The notes under the pieces: generated by a model | What the model saw: only the letters and a program-made list of their open reading frames with translations | Databases searched by the model: none | Told to the model about the DNA's origin: nothing | Position numbers and translations under genes: made by a program | From: an uncultured Gemmatimonadales bacterium | Lineage (GTDB): Bacteria; Gemmatimonadota; Gemmatimonadetes; Gemmatimonadales; Gemmatimonadaceae | Assembly (NCBI GenBank): GCA_963701965.1 | Contig: OY969695.1 | Coordinates: 3,744,001 to 3,808,000 of the forward strand | Reading direction: 5' to 3' | Length of the DNA: 64,000 bases | Part shown: piece by piece, positions 1-10,411 of the stretch | Layout of the letters: each line of letters starts with the position of its first letter | Position numbering within the stretch: position 1 is the first letter of the stretch

Positions 1-1
1 T

Positions 2-268
2 CGCTTCAACGCGATGCCCGGCGTCGCGCCGGCGCGTAACGCGGAAACGCCCAAACTGATCGCCCTTTCGCTGATCGCGATCGGCACTATCGCGCTCGCG
101 ATCGCCGTCCGGCAGTATCGCGAGTTGATCGCCTACCTGTGGACCGATGAGTTTCGCGCGTTCACCGGATCGCTGCCCCAAAAGAGTTGGACGCCGGCCT
201 ATCCGGTGGCGATCCTGCTGATCCTGGTCGGCATCGTGACCGTGGTCGTCCTCGTGACGCGCGCCTAG
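2..268 (+). CDS. DUF202/YidH-like small membrane protein, 5' part outside window
   Basis: Frame open from the window edge; two hydrophobic helices (LIALSLIAIGTIALAIAV; VAILLILVGIVTVVVLV) typical of the YidH C-terminus. Confidence 0.55.
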   Translation, partial: RFNAMPGVAPARNAETPKLIALSLIAIGTIALAIAVRQYRELIAYLWTDEFRAFTGSLPQKSWTPAYPVAILLILVGIVTVVVLVTRA

Positions 269-275
269 CGCGCGC

Positions 276-1343
276 CTAGCGCGCGGTGAAGTCGGTAGAC
301 CGGGTGATCGCCCGGCACACGCCGGCGATCAACGTCGCCGCGCGGTCCAAGTCCTCGAGACTCACCAGCTCGACCGGCGAGTGCATGTACCGGTTGGGAA
401 TCGCCACCAGGCCCGTGGCCACGCCTTCGCGCGCCAGATGGATCGCGTCGGCATCCGTGCTCGTATCCCGACCGGCGGCGTGCACGCTATATGGGATGCC
501 CGCCCGCTCGGCCGCATCGCGCAGCAACCCGAACATGACCGGCGAGATGACCGAGCCGCGGGCCAGCACGGGACCGCCCGCGATCTTGTGATCCCCATGC
601 TCTTTCTTTTCGATGCCCGGATGATCGGTGGCGAACGTCACGTCGACGACGATCGCCGCCTGTGGGCTGACGCCGACCGCACCCACCAGCGCGCCGCCGC
701 CATGGTAGGCGATTTCTTCCTGCGTCGTGGCTACGGCCACCACCCGCGCGGTGCCCGGCTCGTCGGCGTACCGGCGCAGCGCCTCCAGCACCACGAACGC
801 GCCGATGCGATTGTCGATCGAGCGCGACACGATGCGCCCGTTGGGAAAGTCCACCGCCTGTGCGTCCACCACGCCCGGATCGCCCACGGCCACCCGGGCC
901 TCCGCTTCGGCGCGATTCGTGGCCCCGATGTCGACCCAGAGATCGGTGAGTTTCGTGGCCCGATCCCGGTCCTCGGGCTTGATGAGGTGAATCGCTTTCC
1001 TGCCGACTACCCCGATCACGTCGCCGCTCCGACCCAGGAATCGCACCCGCTGGCCCACCAGCACCTGCGCGTCCCAACCGCCAATCGAAGAGATGTACAA
1101 ATACCCATCGTCGTCGATGTAGGTGACGATGAGACCGATCTCGTCGATGTGGCCGGCGAGCATGATCGTAGGCGCCCCGCCGGCGTTGACCGTCGCGATG
1201 CTGTTGCCGGCCACGTCGCCACGGACATTGGCGAACGTCCGCGCCCGTTCACGCCACACGGCCGCCGGACGGGCCTCGAAGCCGGAGGGTCCTGGAGAAT
1301 CGAGTAGCTGCTTGAGAAACGTCAGCGAGTCGTCGGTGAGCAT
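276..1343 (-). CDS. M42 family metallo-aminopeptidase
   Basis: Motifs PGPSGFE, AGHIDEIG, SIDNRIG, TQEEI, VDVT, TSTDAD, PNRYMHSPVE. Confidence 0.93.
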   Translation of the reverse strand: MLTDDSLTFLKQLLDSPGPSGFEARPAAVWRERARTFANVRGDVAGNSIATVNAGGAPTIMLAGHIDEIGLIVTYIDDDGYLYISSIGGWDAQVLVGQRVRFLGRSGDVIGVVGRKAIHLIKPEDRDRATKLTDLWVDIGATNRAEAEARVAVGDPGVVDAQAVDFPNGRIVSRSIDNRIGAFVVLEALRRYADEPGTARVVAVATTQEEIAYHGGGALVGAVGVSPQAAIVVDVTFATDHPGIEKKEHGDHKIAGGPVLARGSVISPVMFGLLRDAAERAGIPYSVHAAGRDTSTDADAIHLAREGVATGLVAIPNRYMHSPVELVSLEDLDRAATLIAGVCRAITRSTDFTAR

Positions 1344-1349
1344 GGTCGG

Positions 1350-2234
1350 TTAGGCGATGGAAAGGGCGTGCCCGGATGGAGGCGGGGCAAAAAGATCAGG
1401 ATGGAGGATGGCAGCGACCGTCTCCACCCCGTCAGTCAACCGCGGCCCCGGACGGCTCAAGAACGCATTGGCGTCGATCGCCCAGACCCGGGGTCCGACC
1501 AACCGGCGCATGGCGCGAGCGGCTTCCGCGGCCCGCTGGACATCATAGCCACAGGGCGCGACGAGCAAGATATCCGGCCGCGACGCCTCTATCACTTCCT
1601 GTGTCACTACAGACGAATGCGCCCCGGGTGCCGCCACGACGTCGCGGCCACCCGCCCGGTGGATCATCTCCGGGACCCAGTGCCCCGCCACAAAGAGCGG
1701 ATCGGTCCACTCGATCACCGCGACCCGCGGCCGCGGCGCCCCGGCGGCCTTGAGTCGATCGTGCACCGCCCGCAGCCTGGCCCGGAGTGCGGCGACCAGC
1801 TGTTCCCCATTGGAGTCCGCGCCAATAGCCATGGCGACACACCCAATGTCGTCCAAGACCCCATCGAATGTCGAACCGTTCAGGGTCACGATCGCGGGGC
1901 GCGGCGACAACCGCTCCGCCTGGACCCGCACGTCGGTTTCACTCACCGCGCACACAGCGCACAGTGCCTGAGTGAGGATGACGTCGGGTGCCAGTGCGCG
2001 CACGCGATCCCACAGGACCGTGTAGAGCGGCTCGCCAGCCGCCGCCAGCGCGCGGACTTGCGCGTCCACGGCGCCCGCCCCGGCGTGCGCATCGATCGCC
2101 GTGGTTGTGACCCGGGGTAGGGGGGCGAGGGTCGGTGGATAGTCACATTCGTGACTGGTACCCACGAGCCGATCCGCGCATCCCAGCGCGGCGACGATCT
2201 CGGTGGCGCTTGGCAGCAAAGACACTATTCGCAT
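1350..2234 (-). CDS. Cobalamin/iron-siderophore ABC-type substrate-binding protein (BtuF-like)
   Basis: MRIVSLLPSATEI, SHECDYP, LTQALCAVCAV, EWTDP..AGHWVPEMI, SRPGPRL. Confidence 0.85.
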   Translation of the reverse strand: MRIVSLLPSATEIVAALGCADRLVGTSHECDYPPTLAPLPRVTTTAIDAHAGAGAVDAQVRALAAAGEPLYTVLWDRVRALAPDVILTQALCAVCAVSETDVRVQAERLSPRPAIVTLNGSTFDGVLDDIGCVAMAIGADSNGEQLVAALRARLRAVHDRLKAAGAPRPRVAVIEWTDPLFVAGHWVPEMIHRAGGRDVVAAPGAHSSVVTQEVIEASRPDILLVAPCGYDVQRAAEAARAMRRLVGPRVWAIDANAFLSRPGPRLTDGVETVAAILHPDLFAPPPSGHALSIA

Positions 2235-2303
2235 GTATTTACAGCGCCGTGACCATGAGATACCGTTAGCCGGACTTCAACGAATCGTATATGGAGCGAA
2301 CGC

Positions 2304-3722
2304 ATGAGCCACTCTAGTCGGCGCGGAACGGTTCCGCTCCTGGCGCTCGGCCTGAGCCTGGCGCCGGTGAGCGCCTGGGCCCAGGGATTCGGATTGAACG
2401 AGATCGGAACCTGCGCCGAAGCGCGGGGGTTCGCCAACACCGGCGCTCCCTGCAATGACGCCTCCACGATTTACTGGAACCCGGCCGGCGCCACGACGTT
2501 GACCGGGTTCTCCCTGTACGGCGGGGCTTCCGCGCTGCGGGTCATGGGCAGCTTCACCCAAGATACCACCGGCAAGAAGTACAACAGCAACGTGCCGTGG
2601 ACGGTCCCTCCCGACCTGTTCCTGAACTACACCACGCTGGTCAACGGCCACCGGCTGGCCGTGGGTGTTGGCGCCTACGTGCCCTACGGACTCATCTCGC
2701 AATGGCGCTCCGACTTTCCCGGCCGCTTCGAGGCGCAGCGGGCGTCGCTCAACACGATCTACTTCCAGCCGAACATCGGCTACGAGATCATTCCGGGACG
2801 GCTCTCGGTCGGCGCCGGGCCTGTGATCGGGTACTCCACGGTGGCGCTCGACCAGGCCCAGGACCTGTCGACACAGATCGCCGCTCCACTCACGACCTTC
2901 GGCCAGCTGGGCATTCCCTCGCAGACGGAGTTCGCCGTCGCCCACTTGCGGGGCAACACCCACGCCTACGGTTTCAACGCCGGCGTCCATGCCACCGTGA
3001 CGCCGGACATCCAGCTCGGTGCCCGCTTCCTGTCGCAACTGGTGTTCGACTACAAGAATGCCACCGCGACCTTCCAGCAGGTGGCGACGGGCCTCGTGCT
3101 CCCCGCGACCACCCCCCTGGGCCCCGCCGGGACGCCGATCGACGCGGTGCTCGCGGGAGAGTTCCAGAAAGGCGCGCTCACGAACCAGCAGGTCGACACC
3201 AAGATCACGCACCCGTGGCAGTTCCAGCTGGGTCTCGGATACACGGGATTTTCGCAAACCACGCTGTCGGTCGACTATGCGCTGGTCGGCTACTCGGGGT
3301 TCACCGCGCTTCCCATCGAGTTTCAGGGTCCGGCGGCCGCCAGTAGCAAGACACTGCTCGAGGATTACCACGACTCGTGGTCGATTCGGACGGGAGTGCA
3401 GCACGTCTGGGGCGACCCGGTCCTCGGCTTCGTCGGACGCGTCGGCTTCAGCTATGTCAACACGCCGGCGCCCGACGTGACGGTCACGCCGCTCCTGCCG
3501 GACATGAATCGCTACAACTATTCGGTGGGCTTCGGCTACCCCTTCAGCAAGCACGTCTCCCTCGACGCGACGTATCTCCACACCGGCACCCAGGGGCGCC
3601 GCGGCCGGATCGCCGAACGGAGCGACGTGGAGAACACCACGGCCACGGCCGACCAGCTGAATTCCGGGTTCTACAATCTCACGGCGAACATCATTTCGCT
3701 GAGTCTCAAACTCAGTTACTGA
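2304..3722 (+). CDS. fadL: FadL/OmpP1 outer-membrane long-chain fatty-acid transport protein
   Basis: Signal peptide then GFGLNEIG, NDASTIYWNPAG, GAYVPYGL, PLLPD, C-terminal beta-strand ending in Y. Confidence 0.85.
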   Translation: MSHSSRRGTVPLLALGLSLAPVSAWAQGFGLNEIGTCAEARGFANTGAPCNDASTIYWNPAGATTLTGFSLYGGASALRVMGSFTQDTTGKKYNSNVPWTVPPDLFLNYTTLVNGHRLAVGVGAYVPYGLISQWRSDFPGRFEAQRASLNTIYFQPNIGYEIIPGRLSVGAGPVIGYSTVALDQAQDLSTQIAAPLTTFGQLGIPSQTEFAVAHLRGNTHAYGFNAGVHATVTPDIQLGARFLSQLVFDYKNATATFQQVATGLVLPATTPLGPAGTPIDAVLAGEFQKGALTNQQVDTKITHPWQFQLGLGYTGFSQTTLSVDYALVGYSGFTALPIEFQGPAAASSKTLLEDYHDSWSIRTGVQHVWGDPVLGFVGRVGFSYVNTPAPDVTVTPLLPDMNRYNYSVGFGYPFSKHVSLDATYLHTGTQGRRGRIAERSDVENTTATADQLNSGFYNLTANIISLSLKLSY

Positions 3723-3733
3723 GAGCGCATCAT

Positions 3734-4960
3734 ATGCTACGCCAGACCATCGCAATCGGTGCTGCTGTGGTGTTCGCCGCCGGCTGCCAATCGGACAATG
3801 TCATCACGCCGCCGAAGAACTCGGTCAACACGGGCCTCTTCAAGAGCTATGTAGCCCTGGGGAACAGCATCAGCGCCGGGTATCAGTCCGGCGGCATCCT
3901 GGACTCCACGCAGCGCGAGAGCTTCGCATTCCTGCTGGCCGGGGCGGCCGGCACACGGTACGCATACCCGAGCCTCGTTCCGCCGGGCTGCCCGCCCCCG
4001 ATCGTGAACTTCCAGACCGGCGCCCGCCTCGGTTCGGGGTCGACCGCGTCCTCGTGCTCGTTTCGCAACCCGTCCTCGGTGACGGCGACGCTCAACAACG
4101 TCGCGGTCCCCGGCGCCGCGGTCGTGGATCTGACGTCCACCGTCACGCCCAACTCGAACCCGCTGACGCAGTTGATCCTGGGCGGGAAGACCCAGGTCGA
4201 GCGCGCCCTCGAGGCGTCGCCGACCTTCGTGACCGTGGAGATCGGCAACAACGACGTGCTGCCGGCCGCGCTGACCGGCTTGCCCACGCCGGTCTCCGGC
4301 CTCTCGCCCGGTATCACGCCGGTCGACTCGTTCATCGTCCAGTACGCGCGCGCGATCGACCAGCTGACCAAGGGCGCTCCCACCGTGAAGGGGGTGCTGA
4401 TCGGCGTCTTCGACGTCACGCAGGTCGGTGCCCTGTTCCCGATCGATAGCGCGATCGACGATCCGGTGATTGGCGCGGAGGTCAATGCGGCGGCCGGGCA
4501 CACGATCCTGTACGCTCCGGACTGCACCCACAGCGGTGCGCTGCTCTCGATCGACGTGCTGCCGCTCATTGCCACCGGCATGGTCCAGCCGGAGATCGGT
4601 TGCGCCGATAGCGACCCGTTCACGCTCGACGCGCTCAAGCAGGGCGCATTCCACATGGCGGTGGCGGCGTACAACGCCTACATCGCCGCCAAGGCGGACT
4701 CGATCGGCTTCGTGTACTTCGATCCCAACCCGCTCCTGTCCGGACTGCGCACCGCCGGCCAGATCCCTGCCGTGCCGAACTTCACCAGTGCCACCGAACC
4801 GTTCGGACCGTACCTGACGCTGGATGGCATCCACCCATCGGCGCTGGCGCACCAGACCATCGCCGCCGCCATGGTCGCCAAGATCGACAGCGCCTACGGC
4901 GTCACGCTCGCGCTACCGGCGGCGGCGCGCGCCGTGCCTCACTTCGTGGCCACGCGGTAG
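3734..4960 (+). CDS. SGNH/GDSL hydrolase lipoprotein
   Basis: ATG 3734, lipobox AAGC, YVALGNSISAG, NVAVPGA, IGNNDVL, DGIHP. Confidence 0.85.
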   Translation: MLRQTIAIGAAVVFAAGCQSDNVITPPKNSVNTGLFKSYVALGNSISAGYQSGGILDSTQRESFAFLLAGAAGTRYAYPSLVPPGCPPPIVNFQTGARLGSGSTASSCSFRNPSSVTATLNNVAVPGAAVVDLTSTVTPNSNPLTQLILGGKTQVERALEASPTFVTVEIGNNDVLPAALTGLPTPVSGLSPGITPVDSFIVQYARAIDQLTKGAPTVKGVLIGVFDVTQVGALFPIDSAIDDPVIGAEVNAAAGHTILYAPDCTHSGALLSIDVLPLIATGMVQPEIGCADSDPFTLDALKQGAFHMAVAAYNAYIAAKADSIGFVYFDPNPLLSGLRTAGQIPAVPNFTSATEPFGPYLTLDGIHPSALAHQTIAAAMVAKIDSAYGVTLALPAAARAVPHFVATR

Positions 4961-7068
4961 AGGGGAATCGCCAGAAAGACGACGAACGCCGACAACGCCA
5001 CGAGCGGGTTGTCGGCGAACGCGCCCAGGCGGCCGCCCACGTCGTAGAAGCGGTCGATGTGTTGGACCGTGAGAAAAGCGAGGAGCACACCGGTGAGCGC
5101 GCCGCCGGCGATGAGTCCCGAGGAGAACAGCACGCCGGGGCCCGAATCCGAATCCGCCGCGGCCGTCTTGCCCATCTTCCGCTCGGCGAGCCGGCGCATG
5201 ACGCCGCCCATGAACATTGTCGCGGTGGTCGACAGCGGGAGATACGACCCCGTGGCCACCGGCAGTGACGGGATGCCGAGGATCTCCATCGTGATGGAGA
5301 AAAAGGCGCCGATGAGGATCAAGCCCCAATTGAGCTTCCGGGTGAGAATGCCGTCGACCACGAGCGCCATGATCTGCGACTTGGGAGAGTCGAGCTTCGT
5401 GATGTGGCGGCCCGTGTAGTCGACCGTCTCGTGCCCGCCGATTCCCGGATCCAGCAAGTACTTGATCTGCCCGGCGTCGTCCAGCAGGTAGCGTCCGGGG
5501 ACGGCGTCGCCCTGGCGCTCGTACAGGTGCCCAACGTGATACGTCTTGCCGTCGAGCGGATAGGGGTCCGGATCGACGTCGGTGACGCGGACGTCGGCGT
5601 AGCTCCGGGCCACGATCGTGGTGTTGGCTTTGTCGAGTGATGAGATCACCCATCCGACCACGAGCGCCGATGTCAGCACGCCGAACACGAGCCCGATCTG
5701 CTGGCGCGCCGGCGTGGCGCCCACGAGAAACCCGGTCTTGAGATCTTGCGACGTGGCGCCGGCCACGCCCGCGGCGACGCAGACGACGCCGCCGATCGAC
5801 AGGGCCAGCACCCGATGCTGGATGCCCGTCCAACCGATGGCGTAGAAGAGCAAGGCCGTGAGCAGCACCGTGGCCACGGTCATCCCCGAGATCGGGTTCG
5901 ACGAGTTGCCGATCTGCCCGCAGATGCGGCTCGACACGGTGACGAACAGAAACGCGAAGAAGATCGCCAGGAGCGCGCCGAAGGGATTGATCCGCAATTG
6001 CGGTAGCAACATGATGGCCAGCGCGCAGAGCACGATGCCGCCGATCACCACGGTCATGGGCAAGTCGCGCATCGTGCGCCGGGCATCGGTCGGCGCCCCC
6101 ACGCGGGCGAATCCTTTGATGCCAGTCGCGAACGCGGCGATGATCGTCGGCAGCGCCCGGGCCAGACTGATGATGCCGGCCGCGGTCACCGCGCCCGCGC
6201 CGATGTAGTAGGTGTAATTGGCGCGAATTTCCGAGGCGTCCATGTCGGCGATCAGTTTCGCCGCCGGATAGATGGGTGCCGTGAGCGCGGCACCGAACAG
6301 CTTGATCGCCGGGATCATGACGAAGTACGTGAACATGCCGCCGGCAAATAGATATCCGGCGATTTTCGGACCAATGATGTATCCGACGCCGCAGAGCTCG
6401 GGGCTGACTTCGGCCTGCAGTTCGCCGATCAGCGCCGGCCGTCCACCGGGGACGGCGCGCTCGATCGCCTTGCGCGCGACGTCGATCCACACGTGCATGC
6501 CACTATTGATGAACTTGTAGGCGGCGCCGAGGCCGAGGCCCATGAAGATCGTGCGCGCTTGGAGTCCGCCCCGCTCGCCGGCGATGAGGACCTGGGCGCA
6601 GGCAGTGCCCTCCGGGTACTTGAGGTTGGCGTGCTCGTCGACGATGAGGCTCCGGCGCAGCGGGATCATGAGAATCACGCCCAGCACGCCGCCGACGACG
6701 GAGATCGCCGCCACGGTCGACCAGGGCAGCGAGTAGCCGAGCAGTAGCACCGCCGGCAGCGTGAAGACCGTGCCGGCGGCGATGGACTCGCCGGCCGAGC
6801 CGGTCGTCTGCACCATGTTGTTCTGGAGGATGGTCGCCGGGCGGGCGCCGAATGCACGGGAGACGTAGCGAAAGATCGTGATGGACAGCACCGCGATTGG
6901 AATCGACGCGCTGACGGTCAACCCGATCTTGAGCGCCAGGTACACGCTCAATGCGGCGAAGAGCACGCCGAGCACCATGCCCAACAGCACCGCGCCGGGC
7001 GTGAGCTCGGCGGGGGCCGTCGTATCGGCGACGAACGGCGTAAAGGACTCTGTGATCGACCCGGCCAT
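4939..7068 (-). CDS. OPT family oligopeptide transporter
   Basis: LKIGLTVSASIPIAV, NNMVQTTGSAGES, LKYPEGTACA, SSNPISGMT, SQDLKTGFLVGATP; GGAGG RBS. Confidence 0.93.
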   Translation of the reverse strand: MAGSITESFTPFVADTTAPAELTPGAVLLGMVLGVLFAALSVYLALKIGLTVSASIPIAVLSITIFRYVSRAFGARPATILQNNMVQTTGSAGESIAAGTVFTLPAVLLLGYSLPWSTVAAISVVGGVLGVILMIPLRRSLIVDEHANLKYPEGTACAQVLIAGERGGLQARTIFMGLGLGAAYKFINSGMHVWIDVARKAIERAVPGGRPALIGELQAEVSPELCGVGYIIGPKIAGYLFAGGMFTYFVMIPAIKLFGAALTAPIYPAAKLIADMDASEIRANYTYYIGAGAVTAAGIISLARALPTIIAAFATGIKGFARVGAPTDARRTMRDLPMTVVIGGIVLCALAIMLLPQLRINPFGALLAIFFAFLFVTVSSRICGQIGNSSNPISGMTVATVLLTALLFYAIGWTGIQHRVLALSIGGVVCVAAGVAGATSQDLKTGFLVGATPARQQIGLVFGVLTSALVVGWVISSLDKANTTIVARSYADVRVTDVDPDPYPLDGKTYHVGHLYERQGDAVPGRYLLDDAGQIKYLLDPGIGGHETVDYTGRHITKLDSPKSQIMALVVDGILTRKLNWGLILIGAFFSITMEILGIPSLPVATGSYLPLSTTATMFMGGVMRRLAERKMGKTAAADSDSGPGVLFSSGLIAGGALTGVLLAFLTVQHIDRFYDVGGRLGAFADNPLVALSAFVVFLAIPLYRVATK

Positions 7069-7187
7069 GCATCCTCCGTGGAAGCCGGAGGCGAATATAC
7101 GCCCCGCGCGGTCGGGCGCGAGAATCGGGCCTGTAGGAGACCCGTCTGCCTTGCCCGTCCGGGGTTTTGGCGCCAGTCTTTGGCCGC

Positions 7188-8984
7188 ATGTTCGCCGCCA
7201 TGCTCCTCGCGCTGCAAATCCTGCCGCCCCCGACGTCGGCGCCCATCTCGAACCTGCGCTACGAGGTCGCCGCCGACTCCGCCGATGTGCGGGCCCGGAC
7301 GCTGGGTATGACGACCACGTTCGACGTGGACGCCCCGGGCGATGTGATCCTCGCGCTTCCCGGTTGGACGCCGGGTGCCTACGAGATGTCCTGGTTCGCC
7401 CGCTGGGTGCGGGATTTCTCGGCGACGACGCCGGACGGCCGCGCGCTCGCCTGGGACAAGATCGACTACCAGACGTGGCGCATCGACCCCGCCGGGGCGA
7501 AGACGGTCCGCGTGGTGTTCCGCTACCAGGCGGATAGCCTGGACAACGCGATGTCGTGGACCGGACGCGACTTCGTGATGTTCAACGGCACCAATCTCTT
7601 CCTGTACCCCGTGGGGCGCGGATTCGCGTTTCCGGCGACGGTCTCGATCCACACGCATCCGGGTTGGCGCGTCACCACACCCATGCCGGCCGGCGCCGCC
7701 GCCGGCAGCTATACGGCGACCAACTATCACGATCTGGTCGACATGCCGTTCTTCGTCGGCAAATTCGATGAAGACAGCGTGCGGGTCGTCGACCGGTGGG
7801 TCCGCCTGGCGACCTATCCGTCGGGCGCCGTCACCGGGGCCCGCGCCAGCGCGGCCCTCGCCGCCATCGCCAAGGTCATTCCACCGGAGTCCGCCGTCTT
7901 CCGCGAGACGCCCTGGGCGAACTACACGGTGATGGAGATCGCCGACGAATCCTATGGCGGGTACAGCGGCCTCGAACACCAGAGCTCTCACGTCGACATC
8001 GTCGCCGCGGCGGGTCTCGACGATCAGGCCCTGCCCAGCCTCTATGCCCATGAGATCTTCCACTCCTGGAACGTCAAGCGCCTGCGGCCGGCCGACATGG
8101 TGCCCTATCGTTACGACGCACCCGAGCCGACGCCGTGGCTTTGGGTCAGCGAAGGCATCACCGACTACTACGCCGACCTCGCCGTAGTACGCGGCGGCGT
8201 CGTGCCCGACTCGGGATTCTATGCGCTGACAGCGGGCAAGATCACGCAAGTCGCGCAGTCGCCGCCCAGCGCGCTCACCGACGCCTCGCTCAACACCTGG
8301 GTCCATCCGACCGACGGGACCGAGTATCTCTACTATCCCAAGGGCTCGTTGGCCGGTCTCCTGCTCGACATCATCATCCGCGACGCCAGCGACAATCGGC
8401 AGTCGCTCGACGACGTCATGCGCGACCTGTACCAGAACACGTACAAGAAAGGCCGGGGCTTCACGCCCGCCGACTGGTGGGGCGCCGTGGGCCGCGCGGC
8501 TGGCGGCCGTTCGTTCGATGGGTTCAACAAGCGCTACATCGATGGCCGCGCGCCGTTCCCCTGGGACTCGATCCTGCCGTTGGCCGGCCTCCGGCTGGCG
8601 GCCGACACGGCGCACGAGCTCCGGCTCGGCATCTTCAGCGCGCCCGACACGAGCGGCGGCGGGAGCGTGCGCGTCGTCCGTGTAGAGCCGGGGAGCGCGG
8701 CCGCCGAAGGCGGCCTGCACGAGGGCGACGTCTTGGTCACGATCGGCGACGTGCCGGTGACCGATGTCAACTTCGGCGCCCGGTTTCGCGCCCGCTATGC
8801 CGGCAGCGCCCCGGGGACTACGATCCCGGTGAGCGTCAAGCGCGAGGGTAACGCGCTCAACCTCGCGCTGCCCCTGCGCGTCGTGAACCGCGTGACCGCG
8901 CGGCTCGTCCCCGATCCCGCCGCGACGTCCAAGGCGGCGCGCATTCGGACCGGCCTCCTCAAGGGGACGACGGGCTCGTCGTGA
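7188..8984 (+). CDS. M61 family metallopeptidase with C-terminal PDZ domain
   Basis: PGWTPGAY, GLEH, HEIFHSWNVKRLRP, LWVSEGITDYY, YYPKG, PDZ VEPGSAAAEGGLHEGD. Confidence 0.9.
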   Translation: MFAAMLLALQILPPPTSAPISNLRYEVAADSADVRARTLGMTTTFDVDAPGDVILALPGWTPGAYEMSWFARWVRDFSATTPDGRALAWDKIDYQTWRIDPAGAKTVRVVFRYQADSLDNAMSWTGRDFVMFNGTNLFLYPVGRGFAFPATVSIHTHPGWRVTTPMPAGAAAGSYTATNYHDLVDMPFFVGKFDEDSVRVVDRWVRLATYPSGAVTGARASAALAAIAKVIPPESAVFRETPWANYTVMEIADESYGGYSGLEHQSSHVDIVAAAGLDDQALPSLYAHEIFHSWNVKRLRPADMVPYRYDAPEPTPWLWVSEGITDYYADLAVVRGGVVPDSGFYALTAGKITQVAQSPPSALTDASLNTWVHPTDGTEYLYYPKGSLAGLLLDIIIRDASDNRQSLDDVMRDLYQNTYKKGRGFTPADWWGAVGRAAGGRSFDGFNKRYIDGRAPFPWDSILPLAGLRLAADTAHELRLGIFSAPDTSGGGSVRVVRVEPGSAAAEGGLHEGDVLVTIGDVPVTDVNFGARFRARYAGSAPGTTIPVSVKREGNALNLALPLRVVNRVTARLVPDPAATSKAARIRTGLLKGTTGSS

Positions 8985-10410
8985 TCCGGCGCCGCGACGC
9001 GGCGTGCGTCGCGGTGTGCATGGCGGCCTCGATCTCATCCGCCTCGCGCGGCGCGGTGGATGTCCACCGCACGCCGTCGGCCGTCGCGATATAGTCGTCT
9101 TCGATCCGCACGCCAATGTTGGCGTATTTCGCGACGGCCGGACCGATGGCCGCCAGCATCCGCTGATTCCGCGGGGATGAGGGGACGATCGCGGGGAGCG
9201 CCGCGCGCACGTACAAGCCGGGTTCGATGGTAAACGCGCTCCCCGGTCCGATGCGCCCCGTAAAGTAGAACTGGTCGGGATCGTGCACGTCGAGCCCGAT
9301 CCCGTGACCGAGTCCGTGCATGTAGTAGAGGGTGTACTGGGGGCAGAGCCGCGGTGGCGTGGTGTCGGCCGACACGCCGCACTCGTAGGTCGCGTCCGCC
9401 GATTCGATGAGGCCCAGTCGCGCCAGCCCGGCGGCGAGCACCGCCGTCGCCGAGTCGTTCATGAGGCGGGCCGCCGCGCCCACTTTTGCCTGTCGCTCGG
9501 CGGCCGCCTGCGCATCGCGCACGATCTGGTATACCTGGCGTTGGCGCGGCGTGTATCGCCCGCTGACGGGAAGCGTGCGGGTCACGTCCCCCGCGTAACC
9601 GCGGTACGACGCGCCAATGTCCACGACGACGAGATCCCCGGCCGCCATGAGACGGTTGTTGGCGTTGTAGTGCAGCGTCGTGGCGTTGGGCCCCGACCCT
9701 ACGATCGTGGCAAACGACGGCCGCTCCGCGCCCTCCGACCGAAAGGTGTACTCGATGGTGGCCTGCACCTGGGACTCGTTGACGCCCGGCGCGACGACGG
9801 CGAACGCGGCACGCTCGGCGTCCGCCGTGATGGCGATGGCGCGCGCCGTGAGCGCGAGCTCGGCGGCGCTCTTGGTGCCACGAAGCCGTTCCACGAGACG
9901 CTCCGCGTCCACGATGCGGACCGTCGGGTGTTGCTCGACCAGGCGCTGGACGTACTGCGCATCGGGCGTGAGCCCGGTGCCCGAACCGGTCATCGTGCCG
10001 ACGACCGACAACGTCGTGCTGTCCCCGAGCACCGAGTCCAACGCTTGGGCCAGCTCCTCGCGAGGCCGGCTCGGGAGCCCGGTGCGGCGCGCCGCGCCGG
10101 CCGGTCCCATGCGGGCGCCGCTCCACACCTCCTGCGCCGGATCCTTGGTCTCGACGAAGAGCGTCATCGCCACCTGGCCGCCACGCTTGACCATGAGGAG
10201 CGCGGCGTTCGGCTCATCGATCCCCGTCAGGTACTCGAACGAGGAAGCCTGGTTGAGCGACAAGTAATCCTCGACGGGTTCCGGTGCCCCCAGCGCCAGC
10301 AAGACGCCGTCGTCCATCACCGCTGATAGCGCGGTCCGGCGCCCCGCGTACTCCGCGCTGGTGATCGGGGCAGCGGCGACTAGCAGCGCGAAGATGGCCC
10401 GACCGATCAT
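8959..10410 (-). CDS. pepP: Xaa-Pro aminopeptidase (M24B) with signal peptide
   Basis: EYAGRR/FEYLTG AMP_N domain, TLHY, DIGA..YAGDVTRT, HGLGHGIGLDVHD, IEPGLY, GVRIEDD. Confidence 0.88.
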   Translation of the reverse strand: MIGRAIFALLVAAAPITSAEYAGRRTALSAVMDDGVLLALGAPEPVEDYLSLNQASSFEYLTGIDEPNAALLMVKRGGQVAMTLFVETKDPAQEVWSGARMGPAGAARRTGLPSRPREELAQALDSVLGDSTTLSVVGTMTGSGTGLTPDAQYVQRLVEQHPTVRIVDAERLVERLRGTKSAAELALTARAIAITADAERAAFAVVAPGVNESQVQATIEYTFRSEGAERPSFATIVGSGPNATTLHYNANNRLMAAGDLVVVDIGASYRGYAGDVTRTLPVSGRYTPRQRQVYQIVRDAQAAAERQAKVGAAARLMNDSATAVLAAGLARLGLIESADATYECGVSADTTPPRLCPQYTLYYMHGLGHGIGLDVHDPDQFYFTGRIGPGSAFTIEPGLYVRAALPAIVPSSPRNQRMLAAIGPAVAKYANIGVRIEDDYIATADGVRWTSTAPREADEIEAAMHTATHAASRRRITTSPSSP

Positions 10411-10411
10411 G

